Shown: positions 10,401 through 21,249, counted from the stretch's first letter. The stretch: DNA of 64,000 nt from an uncultured Gemmatimonadales bacterium (GCA_963798085.1 CAWCRS010000007.1:544001-608000), one strand, 5' to 3'. Numbers and translations are program-made. Notes: a model not told the origin generated them from the sequence alone.

Positions 10401-12613
10401 CGCTGGCGTTGCGCACGGGCGTCATCGATCTGCGCGGCACGAACGACGCCGGCGGCACGCAGCTGCAGGCCACGGTCAACCTGGCGGGGCTCGTCAGCGC
10501 CTGGGTGATGGCGGACTCGATCGCGCTGCAGACAGGGGCAACCCTGGATGGCAGCACGTTGCGGCAGGCGGCTGGACAGTTCACGGGCATCGGGCTGGCG
10601 CAGGGCAGCATGTACCTGACGGGCATGACCGCACAGGGGACGTACGACGGCGCTGCGCTGTCCATTGAAGGCAGTGTGCAGCGTGACGAGCAGCACGACC
10701 TGCAGGTGAAAGCGACCGCCACGCCGCGCGAGCATTCCGTGGTGTTCGAGCAGATGCAGCTGGCGCTGCCGGGCAGCCGCTGGACCATCGCGCAGGCGGC
10801 GCGCATCGTGTGGTCACCGCAGATCCGCATCGAGGGTCTGACGCTGACATCCGGTGCGGAGAAGATCACGCTCAACGGCCGCATCGATCGCGCGGGCACG
10901 CAGGATCTGCAGTTGCAGCTGGATTCCGTGCCGGTGCAGGGCTTTGCCGAGTTTGCCGGCATTAACGGCCTGTCAGGCACGGCCAATGGCAGGCTGGAGC
11001 TGACCGGTCCGGCCACGCACATCGCGTTGCGCGGCGACATCACGACGCACCTCAATGGCGTGTCCGGGCACATCGCGGTGGAGCCCGCAGGCGATGATGC
11101 ACTGAGCATCAATGTGGCCATGACGGACGCTGCCCATCGACCGCTCCGCATCAATGGTCAGATGCCGTTCGCCGTCTCGATTGCCCCGGGCGACAGCGGT
11201 TTCGCCGGTCCGACGCATGGCAATGTGGGCTTCACGGTGAGCGCAGATTCCTTCGCGCTGGGCTGGCTCCAGCCCTTCGTACAGCCACTGCGCGTGGACC
11301 GCCTGCAAGGCTGGCTCACGGCGGACGCGCATTTCACGGGCACGTTCGACGCACCGGAAGCATCGGGCACGGCGAGGTTCGCGAACCTGCGGGTATCGGT
11401 ATCGAGCGAGGGCATCGACTATCGCAATGTGCAGGCAGCGCTGGCACTGCAGGGAGACCGCGTGCAGGTCAGCGCGCTGCGTGCGGAAGCGGAAGGAACC
11501 GTGACCGGTGAAGGGCAGCTGTTTCTGGAGAGCCTGAGCCGGCCGCGCTTCAATGTAACACTGCATTTCAACCGCTTCCGCGCGGTCCGCAATCAGTGGG
11601 TGAGGCTGGGCGTGTCCGGTGATGCCCACGTGACCGGTGACCTGGCGAAGCCGGTGGTCGAAGGCGCGCTGACGCTGGTCGACACCGATGTGTACGCGGA
11701 TCCGGCGGGTCAGGGCAGCACAGCAAGGCCCATCGAGCTGACAGCGGCCGATCTCGCGATGCTCGAGAGCTACTTCGGCTACAAGCCGTCTGCCGCGGCC
11801 ACGATGGAATCGGATCCACTGATGCCGTGGTCCATGAACCTGAAGGTCACGTTGGGCACCAATGTCTGGGCGAGGCGCACGGCGCGGCCCGAGATGCGCG
11901 TGCAGCTGGGCGGCTCGCTGGAAGTGCGCAAGGCACCGCAGGACTCAATGCAGCTGTTCGGCTCCATTGAGGTGCTGCCCCAGCGCAGCTACTTCGAAGA
12001 GTTCGGCAAGCATTTCTCGGTCAGCGACGGCACGATCACGTTCAACGGATCGGTGTGGGGCTGGACGGCGAACATCAAGGCGCGTTACCTGGTGCCGTCG
12101 TTCAAGGATCCCAACGCGTCCGAAGTCACGATCACGATGGACGTGACGGGTCCCATGGATGACCTGCGACTGACGCTCGGTTCCGAGCCCCCGCTGGAGA
12201 CGGCCGACATCCTCTCCTACCTGGCCACGGGCCGGCCGGCGGAGAGCGCGGCGTCCTTTGGTGGTGGCGGCGCGCGCGGCGGTCTGCTGACCGAAGGCGC
12301 GACGCTTGCCCTGGGCACGGCCGCCAACCTGCTGGAGCACACTGCCGGCGAAACCGTCGGCCTCGACGTGGTGGAGATCCGGCAGGACGGATTGCGCGGC
12401 GCCACCCTGATAGCAGGGCGTTATGTGTCACCGCGACTGTACGTCGGTTTCCAGCAGCCGCTCACCTTGCGCGACAATCAGGATCCCGCGAATACGACCA
12501 GTCGTGGCACGCAGGTGGAGATCGAATACACGGCGTATCGCTGGCTGCTGCTCAACCTGCAGAGCGGCCAATCGACGCTGAGCTTCTTCCTGCGCACCAA
12601 GCGCGCTTTCTGA
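7469..12613 (+). CDS. tamB: Translocation/assembly module TamB (AsmA-like, C-terminal DUF490)
   Basis: 1714 aa, one N-terminal TM anchor, long beta-rich body, C-terminal LGSEPPL..ADILSYLATG and AGRYVSPRLYV; coupled to an Omp85 gene. Confidence 0.88.
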   Translation: MDGGEHKATTSANNATGGRAARASRRWPRVLLRSTLALVLGLILLLALVVAMLQNSAIATRAANALASRFSPWPDAHIAVQRARLRGLGGVTLAGVRITRADGQVMVALDTMQLRIQPLALLWGRVSMPVLRVLGADVRMRQRADSSWDLLAPFMGGDTIRASRTQLRIGEAELLRSRLEAHWLAQSDSVLRVEDITVRLAGLALPEPMRFSLDTLSARIYPPLRPAQPAMLGARLRLSDGRLVVDGFSLRSDSSNVSAAGTLLVPGGRVDDIHDADFTLAASPLDFRDVGAFLPGFDVPGSLRLQARVRGTPSLLDIEVDGRSFDGATLHVAGTLTPRTQGDVRYQLQATLHDLDAALWSGSASGLGKVDATADVALAGQALDSVTGSLQLTLGGTRLGSGRLRSAQLAAQFTEGRAEVTAEAEATPWVHVALRGAARPFAPTPDYAFDIDACQLEPLGTDTTLQLHAGTVQLHLAGAGVARANARGSAQARFSAGIGAVMVRGGELTANWQDGQATAKLEASVAEGQVSGSAQVDWRHAETRISAARLSARGIALAGLVDSAAGTLDLEGTGDFVPGRNESLRANATATLHALAWAGNRLTDTASANITVRSGRLHAEAVAAGPAGRMLLRGNARPFANTPSWTLERLELHDVDLARADTAWPNSSINALLTLEGRGRSPRATSARGLLTFDSLRVGDQVIRDGRVELALGEGELRADLTMKALHGSIAANTRGTPFDSVPAFHVENARFRDLDLALLTRGSFKGALTGTMQANGTLPGGALPDVRGRLELASSPINGGRLRDGRATFALQASHASLDLELRTDSGVVAFNGQAQVTRDTTAASGVRVSDANVEGTARLPDLAALMGQDSNEAAVDAHFAMAGEGLDIETMQWTAHARATGRWGGAHVDTLLLRAGVHDARLQLDTFRLRSNVAHGDGSGMLALRGRSSIPPEQGMHIRIVVDSVAPFAAMLGRHPLALRTGVIDLRGTNDAGGTQLQATVNLAGLVSAWVMADSIALQTGATLDGSTLRQAAGQFTGIGLAQGSMYLTGMTAQGTYDGAALSIEGSVQRDEQHDLQVKATATPREHSVVFEQMQLALPGSRWTIAQAARIVWSPQIRIEGLTLTSGAEKITLNGRIDRAGTQDLQLQLDSVPVQGFAEFAGINGLSGTANGRLELTGPATHIALRGDITTHLNGVSGHIAVEPAGDDALSINVAMTDAAHRPLRINGQMPFAVSIAPGDSGFAGPTHGNVGFTVSADSFALGWLQPFVQPLRVDRLQGWLTADAHFTGTFDAPEASGTARFANLRVSVSSEGIDYRNVQAALALQGDRVQVSALRAEAEGTVTGEGQLFLESLSRPRFNVTLHFNRFRAVRNQWVRLGVSGDAHVTGDLAKPVVEGALTLVDTDVYADPAGQGSTARPIELTAADLAMLESYFGYKPSAAATMESDPLMPWSMNLKVTLGTNVWARRTARPEMRVQLGGSLEVRKAPQDSMQLFGSIEVLPQRSYFEEFGKHFSVSDGTITFNGSVWGWTANIKARYLVPSFKDPNASEVTITMDVTGPMDDLRLTLGSEPPLETADILSYLATGRPAESAASFGGGGARGGLLTEGATLALGTAANLLEHTAGETVGLDVVEIRQDGLRGATLIAGRYVSPRLYVGFQQPLTLRDNQDPANTTSRGTQVEIEYTAYRWLLLNLQSGQSTLSFFLRTKRAF

Positions 12614-14823
12614 TGGGCGGTGGGCGCGGACCGCGGCGCAGCACGCGGAACAGGCGAAGATCTGCGTCCGGCTGGAAGTGCGGGGCGGCGCTGGCGGGAC
12701 TGGCAATCGTGACGCTGGCGCGATCGGCACAGGCGCAGATTCCATACGCCGTGTTCGACGCCGCCACGCAGGTGCGTTCGCTGCATTTCGAATTTCCGTC
12801 CGGCCGCAGCTTCCCGGTGTCCGAGCTGAAGCTGGAGATGGCGCTGAGCGCGCCCGGCGCGCTGTACAGCATCCGTCGGTTGCTTGCGATCCTGCCACTG
12901 GTTCCGGACCCGCCGCCCCATCCGTTCACGCCCCTCGAGCTGCAGCGCGACGTGGCGAGGCTCCGGCGCTTCTATGCGGATGCCGGTTTCCTGGGCACCG
13001 GCGTTCACTATGACGTCGCCTTCGATCGCAGTCACAATGCGGTGCGCATCCGCATGATCGTCGACGAAGGCAGGCCCGTCATTGTGCGCTCGATCGCCGT
13101 GCAGACGTCGGCGGGCGGGGACCCGGGGACGCAGCTGCCGGAGGCGATGCAGGCCGCCTGGCGCAACTTCGTGCAGGGCCGGCAGGATCTGATCGGTGCG
13201 CGTCTCACGGACACGGCGCAGACGCGCCTGGTGGGCCGCGTGCTCGACTGGTGGATGGCGCGCGGCTGGGCGTTCGCACAGGCCGCTTCGGAGGTGCGCG
13301 TGGATTCCGCGAGCGCGAGCAGCGACGTGCGCGTGACACTCGATCCGGGACCGCGGGCGCGTGTCGACAGCATTCAGATCGAAGGGAATCACAGCGTATC
13401 TGACGCGCTGGTGCGGCGCACCGTGCCGCTGGCACCCGGCGACTGGTTCTCGTCGGCGAAACTCGCGGCGGGACAGCGCCGTCTCTTCGCGCTGAACCTG
13501 TTCCGCCTGGCGCTCACCGACGTGCCCGCGCAGCCGGCCGATTCGACGGTGACGATCCGCGCGCGTGTGGAAGAGAGTGCGCCTCGCCTGCTCACTGGCG
13601 AACTGGGTTACGTCACCGCCGGCGGGCTGACGACGCGCGGCCAGTTCCTGCACCGCAACTTCACGGGCGGCGCCCGCACCCTGGACGTGTCCGGCGTCGC
13701 CCAAACAGGCGTGTTAGCAGGCGGCGAGCTGCCCGAACGCGACTTCCGGCTTTCCGTCTCCTATCGCACGCCGCAGCTGTTCCACGATCCCAGACTGTCG
13801 CTCACCCTGGCGCCATTCGGCGAGTACCGCGACAACCAGGTGGACCGCTCCTGGCAGTACGGTGTGGAGACTACGGTGATCTATGAGCTGGGGCCCTACC
13901 GCTTCGTCACGTTCCAGCACCGCCTGAGCTCGCGCCGCGTGCTCGACTATCGCATCGGCTCGGGAAGCAGCATCGACCTGGTCACACTGCTGCAGCTGCT
14001 GGCGGAAGGCGCGCTCGACTCGGTGGGCACCCGCATCGATCGCAGCACGTTCTCGCTCTCCGGCACGATCGGTCGCTTCGACCCGGGCACCACGACCCGC
14101 GCACTGCAGTTCCGGCCCAGCGCGGAGATCACGGCGCCGCCCAGCACCAACACCATCGAGTTCTGGCACGCAGAGCTGCCGCTGGTCGGCTTCCTGCCAT
14201 TGCGGCGTCGCGTGTCGCTGGCGGCGCAGGTTTCGGTGGGGCGGGTGTTCCCGTTCGGCAAGACCGTGACCGGCGACAGTATCAGCGGCGGGTTGCAGGT
14301 GCTGCAGCTGCGCGACGTGCTGCTCACCGCGGGCGGCACGGGAAGCATCCGCGGCTGGGGTACGGGCCTGCTCGGTCCCAAGTTCGTTAACATCGAGTTT
14401 CCCGGCCTGCCCGTTACCGATTCGAGCCAGCTGGTCGCCAACGGCTATGCCCCCAGCGGTGGTCTGGCGCGCGCCACGGCGTCACTCGAGCTGCGCCTGC
14501 CGTTCCCCGGTCTCAGCGAACGCTGGGCGACGCACTTCTTCACGGACGCGGCACGCGTCTGGAACCCCGATTCCCGCTATCACGTCGACGACCCCTATGG
14601 CCAGCAGCGCTGGTTCTTCGGTGCAGGCGGCGGCATCGATGTGCGCACGCTGATCGGACCCATCCGCGTCAGCCTTGGCTACAAACTCAATCCCTCGCCG
14701 CTCGATCTGCGCGACGCGGACCGCGTGCTGCGCGCGCTGCAGCAGGACCTGCCATTGTCCACGGTCCCGACGGACTGGAAGCACCGGTTGCACATCCATG
14801 TTTCGCTCGGACAGAGTTTCTGA
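12613..14823 (+). CDS. tamA: Omp85 family outer-membrane protein (TamA/BamA-like) with POTRA domains
   Basis: POTRA-like segments, GGTGSIRGW loop-6 motif, IGPIRVSLGYKLN, C-terminal SLGQSF; TGATG overlap with tamB. Confidence 0.85.
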   Translation: MGGGRGPRRSTRNRRRSASGWKCGAALAGLAIVTLARSAQAQIPYAVFDAATQVRSLHFEFPSGRSFPVSELKLEMALSAPGALYSIRRLLAILPLVPDPPPHPFTPLELQRDVARLRRFYADAGFLGTGVHYDVAFDRSHNAVRIRMIVDEGRPVIVRSIAVQTSAGGDPGTQLPEAMQAAWRNFVQGRQDLIGARLTDTAQTRLVGRVLDWWMARGWAFAQAASEVRVDSASASSDVRVTLDPGPRARVDSIQIEGNHSVSDALVRRTVPLAPGDWFSSAKLAAGQRRLFALNLFRLALTDVPAQPADSTVTIRARVEESAPRLLTGELGYVTAGGLTTRGQFLHRNFTGGARTLDVSGVAQTGVLAGGELPERDFRLSVSYRTPQLFHDPRLSLTLAPFGEYRDNQVDRSWQYGVETTVIYELGPYRFVTFQHRLSSRRVLDYRIGSGSSIDLVTLLQLLAEGALDSVGTRIDRSTFSLSGTIGRFDPGTTTRALQFRPSAEITAPPSTNTIEFWHAELPLVGFLPLRRRVSLAAQVSVGRVFPFGKTVTGDSISGGLQVLQLRDVLLTAGGTGSIRGWGTGLLGPKFVNIEFPGLPVTDSSQLVANGYAPSGGLARATASLELRLPFPGLSERWATHFFTDAARVWNPDSRYHVDDPYGQQRWFFGAGGGIDVRTLIGPIRVSLGYKLNPSPLDLRDADRVLRALQQDLPLSTVPTDWKHRLHIHVSLGQSF

Positions 14824-15057
14824 TCGGAAGCGAACGGCGGGAGGGGGCTCGCGCTGGGGCCGGGAGTGGTCGTCGCACAGCTGCTGATTCGGCGAGGTGC
14901 TCGGTTGTCGCCAGGGAAACCGCGGTCCCGTTCGTTCGTTAAGGCGGAATGAGCGCGCATCATGAACCCGTCGCACGCTTCACGCTTTCGTGCAATGCCA
15001 GCGGCACCGATCCTTGAGGGGAAGCACATGACGCGGGCTGTCGAGGTATAGCGTGCG

Positions 15058-15696
15058 ATGAGCAAGATGGAGCAACCGATGCCCGAACCCAACGCCGCAC
15101 TGCCACAGACCCGGAAGTCGATCGACAATCCCTACGCGGTTAGCGGCGCCGGGATCGGCGGGCGCATCGTCGCGTTCCTGCGGCGCCGGCTGGCTCCTTT
15201 TATCGACGGATACGAAGAGCATGGCTGGTCGGGAAAGCTTTTCCTGCTGAACGGTGGGCTGGGCATCGCCGGCTCAGTGCTCGGCTGGAGCGGTGCCGTG
15301 CTGCTCAACACGCTGCGCCTCGGGCTTCTGCGCGGCATGGGCCTCACCATGGTGGCCGGTCTGGTGGGGCTGCCGTTCCTCCGCATCTGGTACCGCTATC
15401 TGCTCGGCGTTGCGCGCTTCGAGCGGTGGACATTGCCCATTACGGTCGTGCTGTCCGCGTGCGGCGCGATCAGCGGACTCGGGCTGCTCACGGGCCGCAT
15501 GGGCTGGCGCACCATGCTCATCGTTGGCGCGCAGTCCGCGCTCTCCGTCCAGTACCTCGTGTATTTCCTGCGCGAACGCCACCGCTTCGTTGTCGCGAAG
15601 CCCGCCCGCCGGGTCCGCGCAGCGAAGGATCTGCCTGCTCCCCCCACGCCTGCGCCCGCCACGGACAAGGTTGACGATTCGATCGCGTCATCCTGA
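15058..15696 (+). CDS. Hypothetical integral membrane protein (about 4 TM)
   Basis: Four hydrophobic segments, Pro-rich tail, GC-rich third positions. Confidence 0.6.
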   Translation: MSKMEQPMPEPNAALPQTRKSIDNPYAVSGAGIGGRIVAFLRRRLAPFIDGYEEHGWSGKLFLLNGGLGIAGSVLGWSGAVLLNTLRLGLLRGMGLTMVAGLVGLPFLRIWYRYLLGVARFERWTLPITVVLSACGAISGLGLLTGRMGWRTMLIVGAQSALSVQYLVYFLRERHRFVVAKPARRVRAAKDLPAPPTPAPATDKVDDSIASS

Positions 15697-16221
15697 CACG
15701 CTGTCAGGCGAGGCGCGTCGCGCGGTGACAGGTGGGCGTGCTGCCGATCCGCATGTTCAGCCAGTGGAGCGATGACCTTGCCGGCCGCCGGTCCGAAGAG
15801 CCGTGACACCGCGGCCGCTGCAGGCGATCGCATCCCCGGAAACACTGCGGTGGAAGGCGAGGGCAGTCGTTCATCCGACGGTGTGACGTGTGCCGTCCCG
15901 GAATCCGCCAACCCGGGCCCGGGTCTCGTGCGCCCTGCTTCGCTGGATGACCGTGCAGGCAGCCGAGGGCGGCGCGGGCCAGCGCGCAATCTGACAACGG
16001 GATGACCCGCCCGGGCCTGGAGGCCCCGTCAGCCGGAAGCGCGCGCGGCGTGCGGTGTAGTCGGATGCGGGCGGGCCGGCGACGTAGCGGGGGTCGAGCA
16101 GTGCGCGCCGCGGCGTGCGTCCGGCCATGTGGCGCAGGCTTTACAGGCGGAGCGGTCCGCGCCAGTATGCCAGCACCCGGGAGTCCGGTTCCCGGGGCGG
16201 ATTCTCGCAAAAGGAGCACAC

Positions 16222-19200
16222 ATGCGTCTCGTGTATGGGACCGTGCATCGGCTGCTCGCCGTTCTGCTGGTCGCGTTGCCGTCCGCGGCGGCGGCCCAGG
16301 GGGGCGGACGCGGCAATCAGGAACCGCAGGCGCCGCCCATCAATCCGGCGGATGACGCCATGCTGCGCGGCTTCCGCTGGCGATCGATCGGGCCGGCCGG
16401 GCAGGGCGGTCGCGTCGATGACTTCGCGGTAGTCGAGGGCAATCCCTCGATCTTCTACGTGGGCTTCGCCACCGGCGGCATCTGGAAGACGGTCAACAAC
16501 GGCACCACGTTCGAGCCCGTCTTCGATACCTACGGCACGCACTCCATCGGCGACCTCGCGTTGTCGCCTTCCAATCCGGATGTGCTGTACGTCGGGACGG
16601 GTGAGCCCAACAACCGGCAGAGCGCGTCCTTCGGCGCCGGCGTCTACAAGAGCACGGACGGAGGCAAGACCTTCACGTACATGGGGCTCAAGGAGACGCA
16701 GAGCATTGGGCGCGTCGTCGTGCACCCCACGAATCCGAACATTGCCTGGGTGGCGGCCGTGGGCCACCTGTTCGGGCCCAACCCGGAACGCGGCGTGTTC
16801 AAGACGGCGGACGGCGGCAAGACCTGGCGCAAAGTGCTGTTTGTGGATGAGAACACGGGCGCCTCGGACCTGGCCATCGACCCATCGAATTCTAACATTC
16901 TGTATGCGAGCACCTACCAGCGCCGGCGCACGGTGTGCTGTTTCGTGGGCGGCGGGCCGGGCAGCGGTCTCTGGAAGAGCGAGGATGGCGGGGAGCACTG
17001 GACGCGGTTGAGCGGCAACGGTCTGCCGCGCGGCACCATGGGCCGCATCGCGCTGGACGTGTCCCGCTCCACGCCTAACATTGTGTATGCACAGATCGAA
17101 GTGGCGCCCGACCGCGAGACGCCGGTTGCCGTGCCCGACTCCGGACGCGGCGGGCGGGGCGGACGCGGTGGTGGCGGCGGCGGTGGCGGCGGTGGTGGTG
17201 GCGGACGTGGGCAGAACCTGCCGCCCGACCCGCAGGCCAGCGGTGTGTGGCGCTCCACGGACCGCGGCAAGAGCTGGGAGTTCATTGCCAACCAGAACGA
17301 CCGGCCCATGTACTTCAGCCAGATCCGCGTCGATCCCAACAACGACAAAGTGCTGTACACGGGCGGTGTCTCGGCGCAGAAGTCGGTGGACGGCGGCAAG
17401 ACGTGGAAGTCCATTGAGGAAGGCAAGGGCCATGTCGACAACCACGCCATTCTGGATCGATCCGCACAACAGCAACCACGTGATGTACGGCAACGACGGC
17501 TCCGTCGACGTGTCGTGGGACGCGGCCGAGACCTGGGAATCGCTGCGCCCCTGGGCGGTGGGTCAGTCGTATCACACGTCGGTCGACATGCGCCGGCCCT
17601 ACTGGGTGTGCACCGGGCTGCAGGACAACGGCAGCTGGTGCGGTCCCAGCAGTGCGCGCGCGAACAGCATCCTGTCGTGGGACTGGTTCAATGTAGGCGG
17701 CGGCGACGGCTTCTACAGCGCCATCGATCCCACGGACTGGACCACGATCTATTCGGAGTCGCAGCAGGGCTCGATCAACCGTCTCGATCTGCGCCAGGGC
17801 TCGAGCGACGGCATTCGTCCGCGAGCGCCCGGTGCCGGCCGTGGCGGTGGTGGCGGCGGAGGTGGCGGCGGCGGGTTCGGTCCGCCCGGGACTAACATCG
17901 TGCCAGAGCCGCCCACGGGCACCGAGCTGCGCACCAACTGGAATTCGCCGATCCTGATCTCGCCGCACAATCCGCGGCTCATTTACATCGGCACCGACCG
18001 GTTCATGAAGTCCTATGACCGCGGTGAGACCTGGACCATGAGCGAGGATCTCACCAAGGGCATCGACCGCAGCACGCTCACCATCATGGGCCGCAAGGGC
18101 GACCTGCCGAACTGCGGGCGGCAGCACCAGGGCGAGTGCATTCTGTCCAAGAATGACGGCACCAACTTCTGGGGCACCATCTCGTCGATCGGGGAATCGC
18201 CGCTCGTGCCCGGCCTTCTCTGGGTGGGCACGGATGACGGCAACATCCAGCTCAGCAGGGACGGCGGCGCCACGTGGACGGAAGTGGGCAAGAACATCCC
18301 CGGTGGGACCAGGGACTACTACATCTCGCGGGTGGAGCCATCGCATTTCGATGCGGCTACGGCCTACGCCTCCGTCGACGGCCATCGCAGCGATGACCTG
18401 AAGCCGTACGCGTATGTAACACGCGATTACGGCAAGACCTGGTCGCCCATCAGCAGCAACCTGCCGGAGTGGGGCAACGTGAACTCCGTGCGCCAGGACC
18501 CGAAGAACCAGAACCTGCTGTATGCGACGACGGAGTTCGGGTTCTTCGTCTCGCTGGATGAGGGCAAGTCATGGAAGTCGTTCATGACCGGGCTGCCCGT
18601 GGTGCGTGTGGACGATGTGCTGATTCATCCGCGCGACAACGACCTCGTGCTGGCCACGCACGGGCGCAGCGTGTGGATCATGGATGACATCACGGCGCTG
18701 CAGCAGGCGACTCCCGAGAATCTGGCGAAGGACGTGTACCTCGCCGAACCGCGCGAGGCCGTGCTGTGGAAGAGCGACCGGCGGCTGATGCGCGAAGTGC
18801 CGGGCGAGAAGCACTTCCACGGCGAGAACGCGCCGCGTGGCACGGCCATTTCCTATTTCCTCAAGAGCGCACCAGCCGGCGACGTGAAGCTCACCATCAC
18901 GGACCTGGCGTCCGGCGAAGTCTTCCGAACACTCGAGGCCACGAAGCTGCAGGGCCTGAACCGTATCCAGTGGGATCTCTGCAGTGACCAGCACGAGGTG
19001 CAGCCCGGCCAGGGCCGCGGCTTTGGTGGGGGCGGTGGCGGCGGTGGTGGGTGTGGTGGTGGTCGTGGGGGTGGTGGCGGCGGCGGTGGCGGACGCGGTC
19101 AGGGACCGGTCATGGTGGCACGACTGGCAACGCCGGGCATGTACCGCGTGACGCTGAGCGTGGGTGGCAGGGAATACACACGCAACGTGAACGTGCTGGA

Positions 19201-19223
19201 AGACATCTCGGATGGAGATGTAA
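16222..19223 (+). CDS. Secreted VPS10/sortilin-like BNR-repeat glycosyl-hydrolase-type propeller protein; two apparent +1 frameshifts (about 17452 and 19209)
   Basis: WRSIGPA..GGRV, many S/T-x-D-G-G-x-T-W Asp boxes, GLQDNGSW, LATHGRS; removing single bases gives HAIWIDP and a VLEDIWMEM* end (TAA 19221-19223); AAGGAG RBS. Confidence 0.85.
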
Positions 19224-19271
19224 CGGAACCGGTCCTTCGCCTGTCAGTCGGCGGAGGCGAGTGGTTGGACT

Positions 19272-19473
19272 CTCCGGACCGTCTTGGCGTTGTTGGCTTG
19301 CGACGCAACCTGTCATGGGTCCGTCTCAGAAAGACCGGTCAGGCCCTGTTCAGCAGCTCCAGGACAGGGTCTGACATGGGTTTCCGGGCCGTGTGGCTTG
19401 GACGATGGAATGACCTCTGGCGGCGGCGATAGCGTTACCGGCCAAACCCCAACAACGCCAAGACGGTCCGGAG
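19272..19473. repeat. 202-bp non-coding element with perfect 25-bp terminal inverted repeats and an internal hairpin (MITE/REPIN-like or structured RNA)
   Basis: CTCCGGACCGTCTTGGCGTTGTTGG (19272-19296) / CCAACAACGCCAAGACGGTCCGGAG (19449-19473); internal stem 19338-19351 / 19362-19375. Confidence 0.75.
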
Positions 19474-19615
19474 GGGATGGCACCTCACCCTCTCGGCCCT
19501 CGCATGACAGTTCGCGCCATTCATGCTGGTGCGCGGGTCGCAATACGCAGTCGTTGCGCCATGGCTGCACGCATCGCCTGAAGCGTCGCATGCCGGTTCC
19601 GGCCGAAAGGAAACA

Positions 19616-20923
19616 ATGACCCGATGGACCCGCATTGCCTGCCTGGCGTTGGCCGCACTCGCGCCCGCCTGCCGCGGCGCAGCGCCGCGTTCCACGGCGA
19701 CCGTGCGCGACAGCGCCGGCATCCGCATCGTCGAGAACAGCGGCCCGCTCTGGCCGGCGGGCGGCGGGTGGCGCCTTGACTCCGTGCCCGCGCTCGCCAT
19801 TGGGGTCGTGCAGGGCGAGGAACCGTATCAGCTGGCGGATGTGCGCGGTGTCGCGCGCTATGCCGACGGCCGCATCGTCCTGGCCAACGGGGGCAGCAGC
19901 GAGATCCGCATCTTCGACGTGAACGGCCGGTTCCTCCGCAGCATCGGGCGCGAGGGCGCGGGCCCGGGTGAGTTCCAGTACCTGCGGCGTCTCTTCCTGC
20001 TTCCCGGCGACTCGCTGCTGGTGGTGAGCGGCTTCGGCAACCGCTACACGGTTTTCGATCCGGCGGGCCAGGTGGCGTCCATCAGCACGACGCCATCGGT
20101 CACCCCGCTGGCTCGCTTCGGCGATGGCACCTTCCTGACAACGCGTTATGCGCAAACGGTACCGGCCGGGCAGCTCGGTTTCGTGCAGGACACCGTGGTG
20201 TACTCCTGGTACGGCTCCCGCATCGTGTCGGGCCCGGACATCGCGCAGACCGCCGGCAACGCCTACGACCCGAAGGCCGCGGCGGCCTTCGTATTCAATA
20301 CAATCGCGCGCGTCACCGGAAATCAGGAGTACCGCTCCGAAGTTGCGTTCAGCAATCCGGTCACGTCCTCGAGCTCCGGCGGCACACGCGTGGTGAGCGG
20401 GCGCGGCATTTTCAACGATCCCGTGCCGTTCACGCCGCGCGCCGTGCAGGCGGTGCGCGGACAGGAGCTGTTCACAGGCAGCGGCGCCACATTCCAGATC
20501 GCGGTCTACGCACACAATGGCGGCCTGCGCCGCATCATCCGTCTGAACCAACCAAATCGGAAAGTCACCGGCGCCGACATCGACGGCTGGAAGCAGGAGC
20601 TGCAAGACGGGGCGCGCAACAATGTCCAGCGCACACACGCGCAGCGACTCATCACCGACATGAAGTTCCCGGATGCCATGGCTGCCTTTTCGGCCATGCT
20701 CGTGGACAGTGACGGCGACCTCTGGGTGGAGCGCTATCGCGTGCGCAGCAATGATGCGCAGCACTGGGTGGTGTTCGATCCGGACGGGCGCTGCCTGGGC
20801 GACATCGATACGCCGGCGCGTTTCGACGTCAACGAGATCGGCGACGACTACCTGCTCGGTGTCTGGCGCAGCGCCGACGACGTTCCTTTCGTGCGACTGT
20901 ACGCAATACACAAGCAGCCCTGA
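19616..20923 (+). CDS. 6-bladed beta-propeller lipoprotein
   Basis: Lipobox-like LAPAC, TVRDSAGIRIVEN, GREGAGPGEF, DSDGDLWV, VFDPDGR; AAGGA RBS. Confidence 0.82.
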   Translation: MTRWTRIACLALAALAPACRGAAPRSTATVRDSAGIRIVENSGPLWPAGGGWRLDSVPALAIGVVQGEEPYQLADVRGVARYADGRIVLANGGSSEIRIFDVNGRFLRSIGREGAGPGEFQYLRRLFLLPGDSLLVVSGFGNRYTVFDPAGQVASISTTPSVTPLARFGDGTFLTTRYAQTVPAGQLGFVQDTVVYSWYGSRIVSGPDIAQTAGNAYDPKAAAAFVFNTIARVTGNQEYRSEVAFSNPVTSSSSGGTRVVSGRGIFNDPVPFTPRAVQAVRGQELFTGSGATFQIAVYAHNGGLRRIIRLNQPNRKVTGADIDGWKQELQDGARNNVQRTHAQRLITDMKFPDAMAAFSAMLVDSDGDLWVERYRVRSNDAQHWVVFDPDGRCLGDIDTPARFDVNEIGDDYLLGVWRSADDVPFVRLYAIHKQP

Positions 20924-21249
20924 TCCACATCATGCATGCCGTGCAACAGGCCGCTCATGCTGTCCGCGAAGATCCGGCGCGGCTTCCGCCACCGGTGCGC
21001 CGCAACGGCAGCCCGCTCCACGGCCCGGAGCGTCATGCGGCCAGCCCAACGGAAGAAGCGGACGCCCGGCACAAGTCCAGGTGAGCGACCTCGCCCGGCA
21101 CGCTGAACGACGCAGGGCGCCTGACCCACGTGGGGCGTTGTCATTGGTCGGAGCGGGCCGGTTGCAGTTGCAGTAGAACGTACTCTGCTCGAGGAGCGCC
21201 TGTCGTACTGCCGCACCTGCCTCCCGCACGCAACCCGGCGTGCGCTGCG

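Noticed and set aside
15772..16005. 77-aa ORF or riboswitch in the 15.7-16.2 kb gap
   Set aside because: Weak GGAG only, no recognisable motif, and no riboswitch consensus I could identify; left unannotated
19209..19432. C-terminal extension of the VPS10 protein across the inverted-repeat element
   Set aside because: Removing one C at about 19209 gives a natural VLEDIWMEM* end at 19223; the extension is read-through into non-coding DNA
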